Positions 15,904-25,273 of a DNA stretch of 60,754 nt are shown in pieces (position 1 is the first letter of the stretch; every line of letters starts with the position of its first letter). Position numbers and translations under genes: made by a program. The stretch covers positions 1 to 60,754 of the forward strand of contig CAYTHH010000002.1 in the NCBI GenBank assembly GCA_964437545.1. The letters run 5' to 3'. Source of the stretch: an uncultured Candidatus Saccharibacteria bacterium. GTDB lineage: Bacteria > Patescibacteriota > Minisyncoccia > Minisyncoccales > GWA2-46-15. The notes beneath the pieces are model-generated. The model made no database searches, was not told the DNA's origin, and worked only from the letters and a program-made list of their open reading frames with translations.

Positions 15904-16211
15904 ATAGAATGAAAAAGATTTTTACCTCAATTGCTGTCATTTATCTTTTAATTATTTTTCAGACCAGTTTTCTGACTCATTTTGAGCTTTGCCGCTATTC
16001 GCCCAATCTAGCAATCATTTTTGTTGTCTTTTTCAACTTTTTTGAAAAGCAAGAGGAAAAGAACGGCCTAATGATAGCTGGGGTTTGCGGATTTCTTTTA
16101 GACATTTTCTCTGGAAAACCTTTTGGCTTCTATACTGCAATTCTTTTAATTGCTTCCTTGATTATTAAAGTTATTGTCAAAAAATATCTTTATCTGAAAC
16201 CCTCTAAATGA
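15900..16211 (+). CDS. mreD: rod shape-determining protein MreD
   Basis: Small polytopic membrane protein. ATGA overlap with mreC and mrdA. Confidence 0.7.
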   Translation: MNRMKKIFTSIAVIYLLIIFQTSFLTHFELCRYSPNLAIIFVVFFNFFEKQEEKNGLMIAGVCGFLLDIFSGKPFGFYTAILLIASLIIKVIVKKYLYLKPSK

Positions 16212-18178
16212 CCAATCTCAGAAAATATGCTGTCAGGAGGAATAAGCAAGAACTCGAACCCCAAGAGGTGTTTTTAGATGGCTTAGCTCAAAAAAGACAG
16301 GAAAAGACTAATATGAGAGAATTAAAGTTTGAAGTGCCACCGTCAAAGAACGCCCTTAATGGCTTACTAATATTTTCCTTATTTATTCTTTTAGTTTTAC
16401 TAGGAAAAACGCTTCAACTTAATATTACGAGGGGAAAAGATTTAGCTGCTTTAGCTGAAAAAAACGTTTCCAGAATTACTCCGATCAGAGCCAATCGAGG
16501 TATAATCTATGATCAATTTTCTAAAAAACTGGTTAGCAATTTGCCAAGTTTTGATTTAATCCTAGATAAAAGAGACTTACCAGAAGATAAAGATTCAGTT
16601 TTTAAAGAAATTGAAGCTGTTGCCAAGATTATTAATAAAGATGTTAATGTTCTAGAAAAAGAGGTTTCTGATTCTAAAGAAACAAAGATGGTTATTGCTG
16701 AAAATCTGGATCATCAGATTCTAATTCTCCTTAAAACCGAGATTGATAATTTGATTGGTTTTCAAATAGAAGAAAATACGGTCAGAGATTACTTAGATGG
16801 ATCTTTTTTCTCCCAAGTGTTGGGATATACCGGCAGAATTAATCCAGATGAATTCAATCAGCTAAAAGAAAAAGATTATTTCATCTCAGATTACCTTGGC
16901 AAGCAAGGATTAGAAAAATCATATGAGGAAATCTTAAGAGGCAAACCTGGAATTTTTGAAATCCAAAAAGATGCGACCGGCAAAAAGATTAAAGAGGGGA
17001 TTACCAGAAACCCAGAGGCAGGTCAAAGCTTAATTTTGTGGCTTGACGCTGATCTTCAAAAAAAGCTTCAAGAAGAATTGTCAGTTATTTCTCAAAGCAT
17101 CGGCACCAGAAAAGCTGCTGCTGTGGCCATGGATCCAAAAACTGGCGGAGTTCTGGCAATGGTATCTTTGCCAAGCTTTGATAATAACATCTTTTCGCAA
17201 AATCTTTCTCAAGAATCCTTTGCCAAGATAATTAATGATCCAGCTAAACCGCTTTTTAATCGAGCTGTTTCAGGAAATTATGCTTCGGGATCAACAATTA
17301 AGCCATTAACTGCTGCGGCTGCTCTCCAGGAAAAGATAATCTCTCCGGAAAAACAAATTTATTCCGAGGGCTTCATTAGCGTAACCAACCAATACCACCC
17401 GGACATTATCTATACTTACCACGATACTGCCCCTCCCGGCTGGGTTGATATGAGAAGGGCAATCGCTATTTCCTGCAATGTTTATTTCTACACTATTGGC
17501 GGCAGCTATAACGTAATTACTTCCGAAGGAGTTAAATATCAGCCTGGCTTGGGCTCAGTAAAAATCAAGAACTATCTTAATTTATTTGGTTGGGGAGAAA
17601 AAACTAACGTTGACTTGCCTCAAGAAACAAGTGGCTTTATTCCGGATCATCGCTGGAAAGAAGAAACTTTAGGAGAATCTTGGTATTCGGGAGATACCTA
17701 CAACCTTTCTATCGGCCAAGGTTTCTTACAGGTCAGCCCCCTACAAGTAGCTGCTGCTTTTGTAGCCGTAGCTAATAACGGCAATCTTTTTCAGCCCCAG
17801 CTAGTTAAAGAAATTGTCAGCGGCTCTCCTGACTCTTTTACAAATATTCAAAAGATTGAACCAATATTAACTCGCAATCTGCCGATTGATGCAGAAAATC
17901 TCCAAGTCGTTAGAGAAGGAATGAGACAGGGGGTTACTTATGGCTCTTCCGTTCTTTTAAACAGCTTGCCAGTCAAGGCTGCTGCTAAAACCGGTACTGC
18001 TCAAACCAATAGGGATGATATCTATGTTAATTGGGTTACGGTTTTTGCCCCCTACGACGCTCCAGGGGGCGCGGAAGCGGAAATAGTTTTGACAATTATG
18101 ATTGAAGACGTGCCTGGGGTTAGATCTGCAACTCTGCCGGTTGCTAACGAAGTCTTGAGGTGGTATTTTACCAGGTAG
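16208..18178 (+). CDS. mrdA: penicillin-binding protein 2 (class B transpeptidase)
   Basis: SxxK (SGSTIKP) and KTGT motifs. Position after mreCD. Confidence 0.9.
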   Translation: MTNLRKYAVRRNKQELEPQEVFLDGLAQKRQEKTNMRELKFEVPPSKNALNGLLIFSLFILLVLLGKTLQLNITRGKDLAALAEKNVSRITPIRANRGIIYDQFSKKLVSNLPSFDLILDKRDLPEDKDSVFKEIEAVAKIINKDVNVLEKEVSDSKETKMVIAENLDHQILILLKTEIDNLIGFQIEENTVRDYLDGSFFSQVLGYTGRINPDEFNQLKEKDYFISDYLGKQGLEKSYEEILRGKPGIFEIQKDATGKKIKEGITRNPEAGQSLILWLDADLQKKLQEELSVISQSIGTRKAAAVAMDPKTGGVLAMVSLPSFDNNIFSQNLSQESFAKIINDPAKPLFNRAVSGNYASGSTIKPLTAAAALQEKIISPEKQIYSEGFISVTNQYHPDIIYTYHDTAPPGWVDMRRAIAISCNVYFYTIGGSYNVITSEGVKYQPGLGSVKIKNYLNLFGWGEKTNVDLPQETSGFIPDHRWKEETLGESWYSGDTYNLSIGQGFLQVSPLQVAAAFVAVANNGNLFQPQLVKEIVSGSPDSFTNIQKIEPILTRNLPIDAENLQVVREGMRQGVTYGSSVLLNSLPVKAAAKTGTAQTNRDDIYVNWVTVFAPYDAPGGAEAEIVLTIMIEDVPGVRSATLPVANEVLRWYFTR

Positions 18179-18312
18179 TATAAAAAAGTAAGTTAACATA
18201 GTTAATCAAGAAGATATTGATTAAAGTAGCAAAAAGCTTTGCATTAGTCGAGTTTCTACTACCCAGTTTACTAAATAAAAATATAACATTTAACAAACAT
18301 TTTCAATTCGTT

Positions 18313-18762
18313 ATGAATGAATTTACCAAAGATGGTCTAGAGAAACTAAAAAAGGAGCTGGAATATCTGAAAACAACAAAAAGAAGGGAAATGGCTGAAC
18401 GCCTCAAGCAAGCCATTGCTTTTGGCGATCTTAAAGAAAATGCCGCTTATCACGAAGCCAAAGAGTCTCAGGGATTCTTAGAGGGCAGGATCAAAGAACT
18501 GGGAAGAATATTAAGTAATGCCAAAATAATCCAAAAAAACAACAGTGGTTCTATTTCTTTAGGATCAAAGGTTAAAATTATTCTAAACAAAGAAGAAAAT
18601 GAGTTTGAAATTGTTGGCGCTAACGAATCAGATCCTATCAGGAATAGGATTTCAGATCAGTCTCCTCTGGGCTTAGAACTAATGGGAAAAACAAAAGGAC
18701 AGAGCGGACAATTCAAAACCCCAAACGGCTTTTTAAAATACAAGATCTTGGAAATTAACTGA
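18313..18762 (+). CDS. greA: transcription elongation factor GreA
   Basis: LKKELEYLK...RREMAERLKQAIAFGDLKENAAYHEAKE, the typical GreA coiled coil. Start set at the ATG at 18313. Confidence 0.9.
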   Translation: MNEFTKDGLEKLKKELEYLKTTKRREMAERLKQAIAFGDLKENAAYHEAKESQGFLEGRIKELGRILSNAKIIQKNNSGSISLGSKVKIILNKEENEFEIVGANESDPIRNRISDQSPLGLELMGKTKGQSGQFKTPNGFLKYKILEIN

Positions 18763-18780
18763 ACCATGAAAGTTAACTGA

Positions 18781-18900
18781 CTTTAGGCTCTTTTTCAAAA
18801 TCTTGAAAATCAGCGAATTTTGAGCTCTCTTTCAAAACATTGAAAGTCAGCGAATTTTGAGCTCTCTTTCAAAACATTGAAAGTCAGCGAATTTTGAGCT
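18781..18900. repeat. 37-bp tandem repeat upstream of lysS (2 perfect, 1 truncated, 1 degenerate copy)
   Basis: CAGCGAATTTTGAGCTCTCTTTCAAAACATTGAAAGT at 18811, 18848 and 18885. Each unit has the inverted repeat CTTTCAA-AACA-TTGAAAG. Confidence 0.9.
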
Positions 18901-18911
18901 ATATTTATATA

Positions 18912-20384
18912 ATGCCAACGCTTGAAGAAATCAGGAAAGCCAGATTAGCTAAACTTGAAAGCCTGAAAAGGGCTGGATTTTTAGCTTATCCAAGCAAAAC
19001 CAAAAGAAGCCATCAAGTTAAAGACGCTCTTGAAGATTTTGATAAGCTGAGTAGATCCAAAAAAGAAATTGTGGTTGCGGGCCGGCTCATGTCCCAAAGA
19101 GGCCATGGCAAGCTTTTCTTTGGCCACATTCAAGACGGCCAGGGTAAAATCCAAATTCTCTTTAGACAAAACCTGCTTGGAGAAAACAAGTATGAATTCA
19201 TTACTGATCATTTTGATATTGGCGACATTATTGAGGCTAAGGGTATTCTTTTTAAAACCAAAACTGGAGAAAAAACCCTTGAAGCTTCAGACGCGAAAAT
19301 ACTGGCAAAATCTTTATTGCCCTTACCGGAAAAATGGCATGGCCTGACAGATGTTGAAGAAAGATTCCGCAAAAGATACCTTGACACCCTAATGAATCCT
19401 GAAGTTAAAGATATTTTCTTAAAAAAATCTCAGTTGATAAAACTGCTTCGAGAATATCTGGATCAAAAGAATTTTATTGAGGTTAAAACTCCGGCTCTTC
19501 AGCCCCTCTACGGTGGCGCCTCAGCCAAACCTTTTAAAACTCATCATAACTCTCTGGATATTGATCTTTATTTAAGAATTTCCAATGAACTTTATTTAAA
19601 ACGTTTAATAGTCGGCGGTTTTGAAAAAGTTTTTGAGATCTGTACTGATTTCCGCAATGAAGGCGTTGATCGCTGGCACAACCCAGAATTCAGTATGCTT
19701 GAATTTTACTGGGCTTATGCTGACTATAAAGACCTAATGAAAATGACCGAAGAAATGCTTTCGGGAATTGTAAAAAAGATAACTGGTTCTTACAAGATAA
19801 AATACGGCCATGATAAAATAGATTTTACTCCGCCCTGGCCCCGAGTCCCTTATTTGGAAGCCTTTCGCAAAGCTACTGGGGTTAATTTGCCTGACATTAC
19901 CTTTGAAGGTTTGAAGAAAATAATTGGAAAGAAAAAATTTAAAATTGATTTGAAAAATGTTATTGATTTGCCAACTTTAGTTGATCAAATTTATAAGACA
20001 TTAATTCGTCCCAATATTATCAATCCTGTTTTTCTAATTGATCATCCTTATAATATGAGGCCTTTGGCTAAAAAAAAGAAAGAAGATGAAAGTCTGGTAG
20101 AAAGCTTGCATTTGATTGCCGGTGGAATTGAGCTGGTCAATGCCTATTCTGAGCTCAATGATCCCTTAGATCAAAAAGCCCGCTGGCTGGAAGAAATGCA
20201 AAGAGGCAAAAAAGGAGCTGATGAATATCAGGTTCTTGACGAAGATTATATTGAGGCCTTGGAATATGGCATGCCGCCGACAGCTGGCTGGGGCATGGGC
20301 ATTGATAGATTTTGCGCCCTGATAACCAACCAGCATTCAATCAAAGAAACAATTTTATTCCCGGCCATGAGGCCTAAATCTTAA
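18912..20384 (+). CDS. lysS: lysine--tRNA ligase, class II
   Basis: OB-fold N-domain plus class II motifs (FRNEG, GMGIDR). Confidence 0.93.
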   Translation: MPTLEEIRKARLAKLESLKRAGFLAYPSKTKRSHQVKDALEDFDKLSRSKKEIVVAGRLMSQRGHGKLFFGHIQDGQGKIQILFRQNLLGENKYEFITDHFDIGDIIEAKGILFKTKTGEKTLEASDAKILAKSLLPLPEKWHGLTDVEERFRKRYLDTLMNPEVKDIFLKKSQLIKLLREYLDQKNFIEVKTPALQPLYGGASAKPFKTHHNSLDIDLYLRISNELYLKRLIVGGFEKVFEICTDFRNEGVDRWHNPEFSMLEFYWAYADYKDLMKMTEEMLSGIVKKITGSYKIKYGHDKIDFTPPWPRVPYLEAFRKATGVNLPDITFEGLKKIIGKKKFKIDLKNVIDLPTLVDQIYKTLIRPNIINPVFLIDHPYNMRPLAKKKKEDESLVESLHLIAGGIELVNAYSELNDPLDQKARWLEEMQRGKKGADEYQVLDEDYIEALEYGMPPTAGWGMGIDRFCALITNQHSIKETILFPAMRPKS

Positions 20385-20388
20385 AAAT

Positions 20389-20970
20389 ATGACCAGACAA
20401 GAAGCTTTAGAATTGGTAAAAAAACACGTTAAGAACGAGAATAGCGTCAAACACATGCTAGCTACTGAAAGTATTATGAAAGCTTTGGCTCGGCGCTTTA
20501 ACGCTTCGGCTTCGCTCAGCGCAAGCGAGAATGAAGAAGTCTGGGGATTAGCTGGCCTTTTACATGACATAGATATGGAAATAGTTGACTAGAAAGTAGA
20601 GCCAGAAAAACATGGAATGGTTGCTGCTGATATGTTAGAAGAAATGGGCATAGACAAAGTAATTACTAATGCCATTAGAGCTCATAACGAAGCTACTAGT
20701 AAGACCAGAGACAACTTAATTGAAAAATCAATTTATGCTGCTGATTGTTTGACCGGACTAGTTGTGGCTTCAACCTTAGTTCTACCCAGTAAAAAAATGA
20801 AGGATTTGGCACCAGAAAATGTTTTAAATCGTTTTAAAGAAAAGTCATTTGCCAGAGGCGCCAGAAGGGAAGCCATTGCCAGTTGCTCAGAGATTGATCT
20901 TTCTCTAAAAGAATTTGTTGAAATCGGATTAAAGGCGATGCAAGAAATCGCCCCTGACTTAGGACTTTAG
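20389..20970 (+). pseudogene. HD/HDIG-domain phosphohydrolase interrupted by a single in-frame TAG (20590-20592)
   Basis: ORFs 20389..20592 and 20617..20970 are in the same frame. The continuous reading is ...GLLHDIDMEIVD*KVEPEKHGMVAADMLEE..., spanning one HD domain. Confidence 0.65.
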
Positions 20971-20988
20971 AATAGTTTAAGTTATTTT

Positions 20989-22647
20989 ATGCCTAAATAT
21001 ATTTTTATTTCCGGCGGTGTTATCTCTGGCCTTGGCAAGGGGATTACCACGGCCACAATTGGTCTCTTGCTGAAATCTTACGGCTTCAAGGTTTCAACAG
21101 CCAAAGTTGACATGTATTTGAATATTGATGCCGGAACCATGAATCCTTTGGAACATGGTGAAGTTTTTGTTACCGCAGATGGCGCAGAAACAGATCAGGA
21201 TTTAGGTCATTATGAACGATTTTTAAATCAGAATCTTAGTGGTGAAAATTATTTTACCATGGGTCAGATCTATAAATCCGTCCTTAATAAAGAAAGAGCT
21301 TTAGCCTACAAGGGAAAATGTGTTGAGGGAAACATTCATATCCCGGCAGAAATTATTAATAAGATCGAGAGTATTCAAAAAAAGGACAAAGCAGAAATTC
21401 TTTTAATAGAAGTGGGGGGCACGGTTGGGGAATATCAAAATATTCTATTTTTTGAAGCTATCAGGCGCTTTAAGCAAAAAAATCCTAATGATGTTGCCCT
21501 GATTCATGTTGTTTATCTGCCAATTCCTTCTTTTCTGGGTGAAATGAAGAGCAAGCCGGCCCAAGCATCAATCTACGATCTCTATCGCTTGGGACTGCAA
21601 CCTGATTTTATCATTTGTCGAAGCCATACAACAATTGACGACAAAAGACGACAAACGATTGCTTTTAACACCGGTATAAAAAAAGAGAATATCATTGCCG
21701 CGCCGGATGTAGATACTATCTACCGCGTTCCGCTTCTTCTTGAAAAGCAAGCTTTGACTAAAAAAATTCTTAAAACGCTTAATTTAAAACCAAGAAAAAA
21801 ATCTTTAAAACAGTGGCAAGACTTTATCGCTAGAATTGATAGGGTTAAAAAAGAAGTAAAAATCGCTATTGTCGGCAAATACTTTTCTTCAGGTAATTTT
21901 GCCCTAGAAGACTCCTATGTTTGCGTCATTGAAGCAATCAAGCATGCTGCCTGGCAATTAGGAATAAACCCTAAAATTCAATGGTTTGATTCAGAAAAAA
22001 TGGAAGACAAGAAACAAGTCGCACAAATACAAAAAGAACTGCAAACATATCAGGGCATCATCGTTCCTCAAGGCTGGGGCAGTAGGGGAGTTGAGGGAAA
22101 AATTAAAACCATTCGTCTAGCCAGAGAGAAAAAGATCCCTTATTTGGGATTATGTTTTGGCATGCAAATGGCAGTTATTGAGTTTAGCCGTAATGTTCTA
22201 AAATTAAAAAACGCTAATTCAACCGAAATTAATCCCAAAACGCCTCACCCTGTAATCCATATCATACCGGAACAAGAAAAATACTTAAAAAAACATCAAT
22301 ACGGTGGCACCATCCGTTTGGGACAATGGCCATGTAAGATAAAGAAGGATACTATTTTATCTAAAGTATATGGTAAAAAAATTGTTTTTGAACGACACCG
22401 GCATCGCTATGAGGTTAATAATGCCTATCGCGATCCGCTCGAGAAAAAAGGAATGGTAATTTCCGGTGTTTCCTCTGATAAAATGCTGGTGGAAACGATT
22501 GAACTTCGCCAAAAAGATCATCCCTTTTTTGTCGGCACTCAATTCCATCCCGAATACCAATCACGACCCTTATCTCCCCATCCGCTTTTTGTTGCTTTTA
22601 TAAAAGCAGCTTTAAGGAAAAATTCTTCGGCTAAAAAATCAGGTTAA
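20989..22647 (+). CDS. pyrG: CTP synthase
   Basis: N-terminal MPKYIFISGGVISGLGKG. GATase domain with GLCFGMQ and HRHRYEVN. Confidence 0.97.
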   Translation: MPKYIFISGGVISGLGKGITTATIGLLLKSYGFKVSTAKVDMYLNIDAGTMNPLEHGEVFVTADGAETDQDLGHYERFLNQNLSGENYFTMGQIYKSVLNKERALAYKGKCVEGNIHIPAEIINKIESIQKKDKAEILLIEVGGTVGEYQNILFFEAIRRFKQKNPNDVALIHVVYLPIPSFLGEMKSKPAQASIYDLYRLGLQPDFIICRSHTTIDDKRRQTIAFNTGIKKENIIAAPDVDTIYRVPLLLEKQALTKKILKTLNLKPRKKSLKQWQDFIARIDRVKKEVKIAIVGKYFSSGNFALEDSYVCVIEAIKHAAWQLGINPKIQWFDSEKMEDKKQVAQIQKELQTYQGIIVPQGWGSRGVEGKIKTIRLAREKKIPYLGLCFGMQMAVIEFSRNVLKLKNANSTEINPKTPHPVIHIIPEQEKYLKKHQYGGTIRLGQWPCKIKKDTILSKVYGKKIVFERHRHRYEVNNAYRDPLEKKGMVISGVSSDKMLVETIELRQKDHPFFVGTQFHPEYQSRPLSPHPLFVAFIKAALRKNSSAKKSG

Positions 22648-22666
22648 AATGATTCGGAAATAAAAG

Positions 22667-22692
22667 AACAGGAAGCATAGCTTCCTGTTTTA
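22667..22692. terminator. bidirectional rho-independent terminator (pyrG and the minus-strand small gene)
   Basis: AACAGGAAGC-ATA-GCTTCCTGTT with T-runs on both strands. Confidence 0.75.
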
Positions 22693-22787
22693 GTTGGGGG
22701 GTGGGGAGGGGATAAATGCAAGGAAAACTGATTTGCAACAGGGTTGGTGCTAAAATAGCCCCTCCCCTGACACATCTTTTTATCCGC

Positions 22788-22862
22788 TTAGCGGAAGATG
22801 CGTCGCAACATTTCAGCTACGATATAGCCAAACATTGCATAGGCAAAAAGTTTCTTTATCAT
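22788..22862 (-). CDS. 24-aa hydrophobic/basic peptide MIKKLFAYAMFGYIVAEMLRRIFR (candidate small membrane peptide or type I toxin-like)
   Basis: Below the ORF-track cutoff. Strong SD AAAGGAGG lies 6 nt before the ATG, with a consensus-like promoter about 75 nt upstream. The 3' UTR has a long GGGGAGGGG...CCCCTCCCC stem. Confidence 0.45.
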   Translation of the reverse strand: MIKKLFAYAMFGYIVAEMLRRIFR

Positions 22863-22934
22863 TTCGTACCTCCTTTAAAATGAACTAGGAAGAGGAATCA
22901 AATGGCAAACCATCTTTTCTCTCTATCCATCTTC

Positions 22935-22963
22935 TATATAGCACAAAAACATAATCTTGTCAA
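22935..22963 (-). promoter_or_regulatory. sigma70-type promoter for the small peptide gene
   Basis: Minus strand reads TTGACA (22963-22958), 17-nt spacer, TATATA (22940-22935). Confidence 0.55.
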
Positions 22964-23149
22964 GAACTTGTTAATTAAAGTTAAAAGCGAACTAAAAATT
23001 AATTAAAAAATACAAAATAACGAAAAATCGACGATCGTCCAAATTTTGTAAAGTTTAGTATTTTATAATTTATCTCCATAACTCAAATTTTTCATTTTGC
23101 TCTCAAAATGATATAATTTATTATTAACTACAGGCAAAAAATCAACAAA

Positions 23150-24409
23150 ATGTTAGACATAAAATTCATTAGAGAAAACCCAGAACTAATCAAAAAGGCC
23201 TGCAAGCAAAAGCAGATTAAAGTTGATATTGATCAGCTTTTGGAAATAGACGCAAGGAGAAAAGAAGTAATGTTGGCTCTTGAAGATGCTAATGCTCAAA
23301 AAAATAAGGCCAATGAAGAAATAAAACAGCTTCATGAAAAAGAAAAGAAAGAGGTTGTTATATTAAGAATGAGAGAACTAGATAAAAACAATGATCGGTT
23401 TGAAGCTGAATTTAAAGAACTAGATGCTGAATTCCAGGGCTTAATGGGACTAATCCCAAACCCTCCGGCTTCAGACGTTCACGAAGGTAAAGATGACAGT
23501 GAAAATAAAGTAATCAGGAAATGGGGCAAGCTGCCTGAATTTGGTTTTGAACCCAAATCCCACTTTGAATTAGGAGAATCTTTAGACATTATTGACACTA
23601 AAAGGGCTAGTAAAGTTTCAGGATCCAGGTTCGGCTATTTAAAGAACGGCATGGCCAAGCTAGAGCTGGCAATGATTAATTTTGCCGTTGACTTTTTATC
23701 TAAAGAAGGCTTTGTGCCGATAATCCCGCCTGTCATGATAAGCCTGGATTCAATGAAAGGTATGGGCTATTTAGAACATGGCGAAGAAGAAAATATGTAT
23801 GTTTTAGATAAGGATAACCTGGTTTTAGTCGGCACTTCAGAACAATCGATCGGCCCAATGCACAAGAACGAAACTTTTGAAGAAAAAAATTTACCTAAGA
23901 GATATATTGGCATTTCTACTTGTTTTAGAAGGGAAGCAGGAAGTTATGGCAAGGACACTAAGGGGATCTTAAGGGTTCATCAGTTTAATAAGGTAGAAAT
24001 GTTTTCTTTTACCAAACCGGAAGGTTCTGACAAAGAACATGAATATCTTTTATCTCTAGAAGAAAAACTGATGCAGGCTCTAGAATTGCCTTATCAGGTG
24101 GTTAAAATGTGTTCCGGGGATTTGGGTATGCCAGCGGCCAGAAAATACGACATTGAAGTCTGGTTGCCTTCGGAAAAACGCTACCGAGAGACTCATTCAA
24201 CATCAACTTGCACTGACTTTCAAGCCAGAAGGCTGAATATCAGATTCAAAAGAAACGGTAAATTAGAATTTGTTCATATGCTCAACGGCACGGCTTTTTC
24301 AGAAAGACCAATTTTGGCTATCTTGGAGAACTATCAGCAAGCAGACGGTTCGGTCTTAGTTCCAAAAGTTCTGCAAAAATATACTGGATTTGAAAAAATT
24401 GAGAAGTAA
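23150..24409 (+). CDS. serS: serine--tRNA ligase
   Basis: N-terminal coiled coil plus class II core (FRREAGS, GTAFSERPILAILENYQ). Confidence 0.95.
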   Translation: MLDIKFIRENPELIKKACKQKQIKVDIDQLLEIDARRKEVMLALEDANAQKNKANEEIKQLHEKEKKEVVILRMRELDKNNDRFEAEFKELDAEFQGLMGLIPNPPASDVHEGKDDSENKVIRKWGKLPEFGFEPKSHFELGESLDIIDTKRASKVSGSRFGYLKNGMAKLELAMINFAVDFLSKEGFVPIIPPVMISLDSMKGMGYLEHGEEENMYVLDKDNLVLVGTSEQSIGPMHKNETFEEKNLPKRYIGISTCFRREAGSYGKDTKGILRVHQFNKVEMFSFTKPEGSDKEHEYLLSLEEKLMQALELPYQVVKMCSGDLGMPAARKYDIEVWLPSEKRYRETHSTSTCTDFQARRLNIRFKRNGKLEFVHMLNGTAFSERPILAILENYQQADGSVLVPKVLQKYTGFEKIEK

Positions 24410-24419
24410 TTAAAAACAA

Positions 24420-24450
24420 AGCCCCTTTTCAATAAAGAAAAGGGGGCTTC
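24420..24450 (+). terminator. probable terminator hairpin
   Basis: GCCCCTTTT-CAATAAAG-AAAAGGGGGC. Weak T tail. Confidence 0.5.
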
Positions 24451-24541
24451 GAGAAATTTTTGCCGAAGCAAGAATTTTAAGCCCAGGTTAGCATTCCTTC
24501 CGAAGAAGAAAAACCAAATCCTGAACTACCTTATAAATATC

Positions 24542-25273
24542 ATGTCTATGGAAATTAGTCAAGGTCAGATTTTAATCCTTCACGGCTGGGGTTCTTCCGG
24601 CAAATCTTGGAATAAAGTAAAAGAGTCCTTAAATTCTTTGGGATATTCTGTAATAATTCCAGACTTGCCTGGTTTTGGGCAAGAGCCAGAACCTCCAAAA
24701 CCATGGAGTGTTGATGATTATGTCAGCTGGGTGGAACAATTTTGTATAAAAAACAATCTGAATAATTTTTTGTTACTTGGTCATTCCTTCGGCGGCCGGG
24801 TAGCGATAAAATTCACTGCAAAATACCAAGAAAGAATTAAAAAGCTAATTCTTTTTTCCGCTGCCGGAGTTACCCCAAGACCAAAAAATAAGCTTTCTTT
24901 ACTTAAAATTTTAGCCAAAGTGATCAATTCTGTCTTTTCCCTGCCAGTCCTCAATTTGTTTGAAAATATTTCCCGAAAGGTTTTTTACAAGATTTTGGGA
25001 AATCGCGATTATTATTTTCTTTCCAGCCAAATAATGAGAGAAACATTTAAAAAGGTAATTGAAGAAGATCTTTCTTCTTACCTCAATAAAATTAATACTT
25101 CAACTCTAATTGTCTGGGGAGAGAAAGACTTAATGACTCCAGTTTCAGATGCACAAAAAATACATCAAGAAATTCCTAACTCTGTTTTGAAAATTGTCCC
25201 CAACGAAAACCATTATTTCTACGCTAAAAACCCCGAAAAGCTAGTTGAGGCAATTAAAGAATTCATCGTATGA
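24542..25273 (+). CDS. alpha/beta-fold hydrolase
   Basis: HGWGSS and the nucleophile elbow GHSFGG. Stop overlaps the next gene (ATGA). Confidence 0.8.
   Translation: MSMEISQGQILILHGWGSSGKSWNKVKESLNSLGYSVIIPDLPGFGQEPEPPKPWSVDDYVSWVEQFCIKNNLNNFLLLGHSFGGRVAIKFTAKYQERIKKLILFSAAGVTPRPKNKLSLLKILAKVINSVFSLPVLNLFENISRKVFYKILGNRDYYFLSSQIMRETFKKVIEEDLSSYLNKINTSTLIVWGEKDLMTPVSDAQKIHQEIPNSVLKIVPNENHYFYAKNPEKLVEAIKEFIV

Noticed and set aside
15900-16211. Alternative genetic code (UGA or UAG reassignment, as in some CPR lineages)
   Set aside because: TGA cleanly terminates mreC, mreD, greA, trxB and the 4935 gene. TAG terminates tyrS, mrdA, grpB and others at the expected protein lengths. No conserved gene other than the HDIG gene needs read-through, so the standard code 11 fits.
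18781-18900. Possible CRISPR arrays (also 1-147, 30741-30897, 51604-51715, 34703-34877, 60700-60754)
   Set aside because: In 18781-18900, 1-147, 30741-30897, 51604-51715 and 34703-34877 the copies are directly adjacent, with no unique spacers. The 60700 pair has only a 13-nt gap. No cas genes are present in the window.
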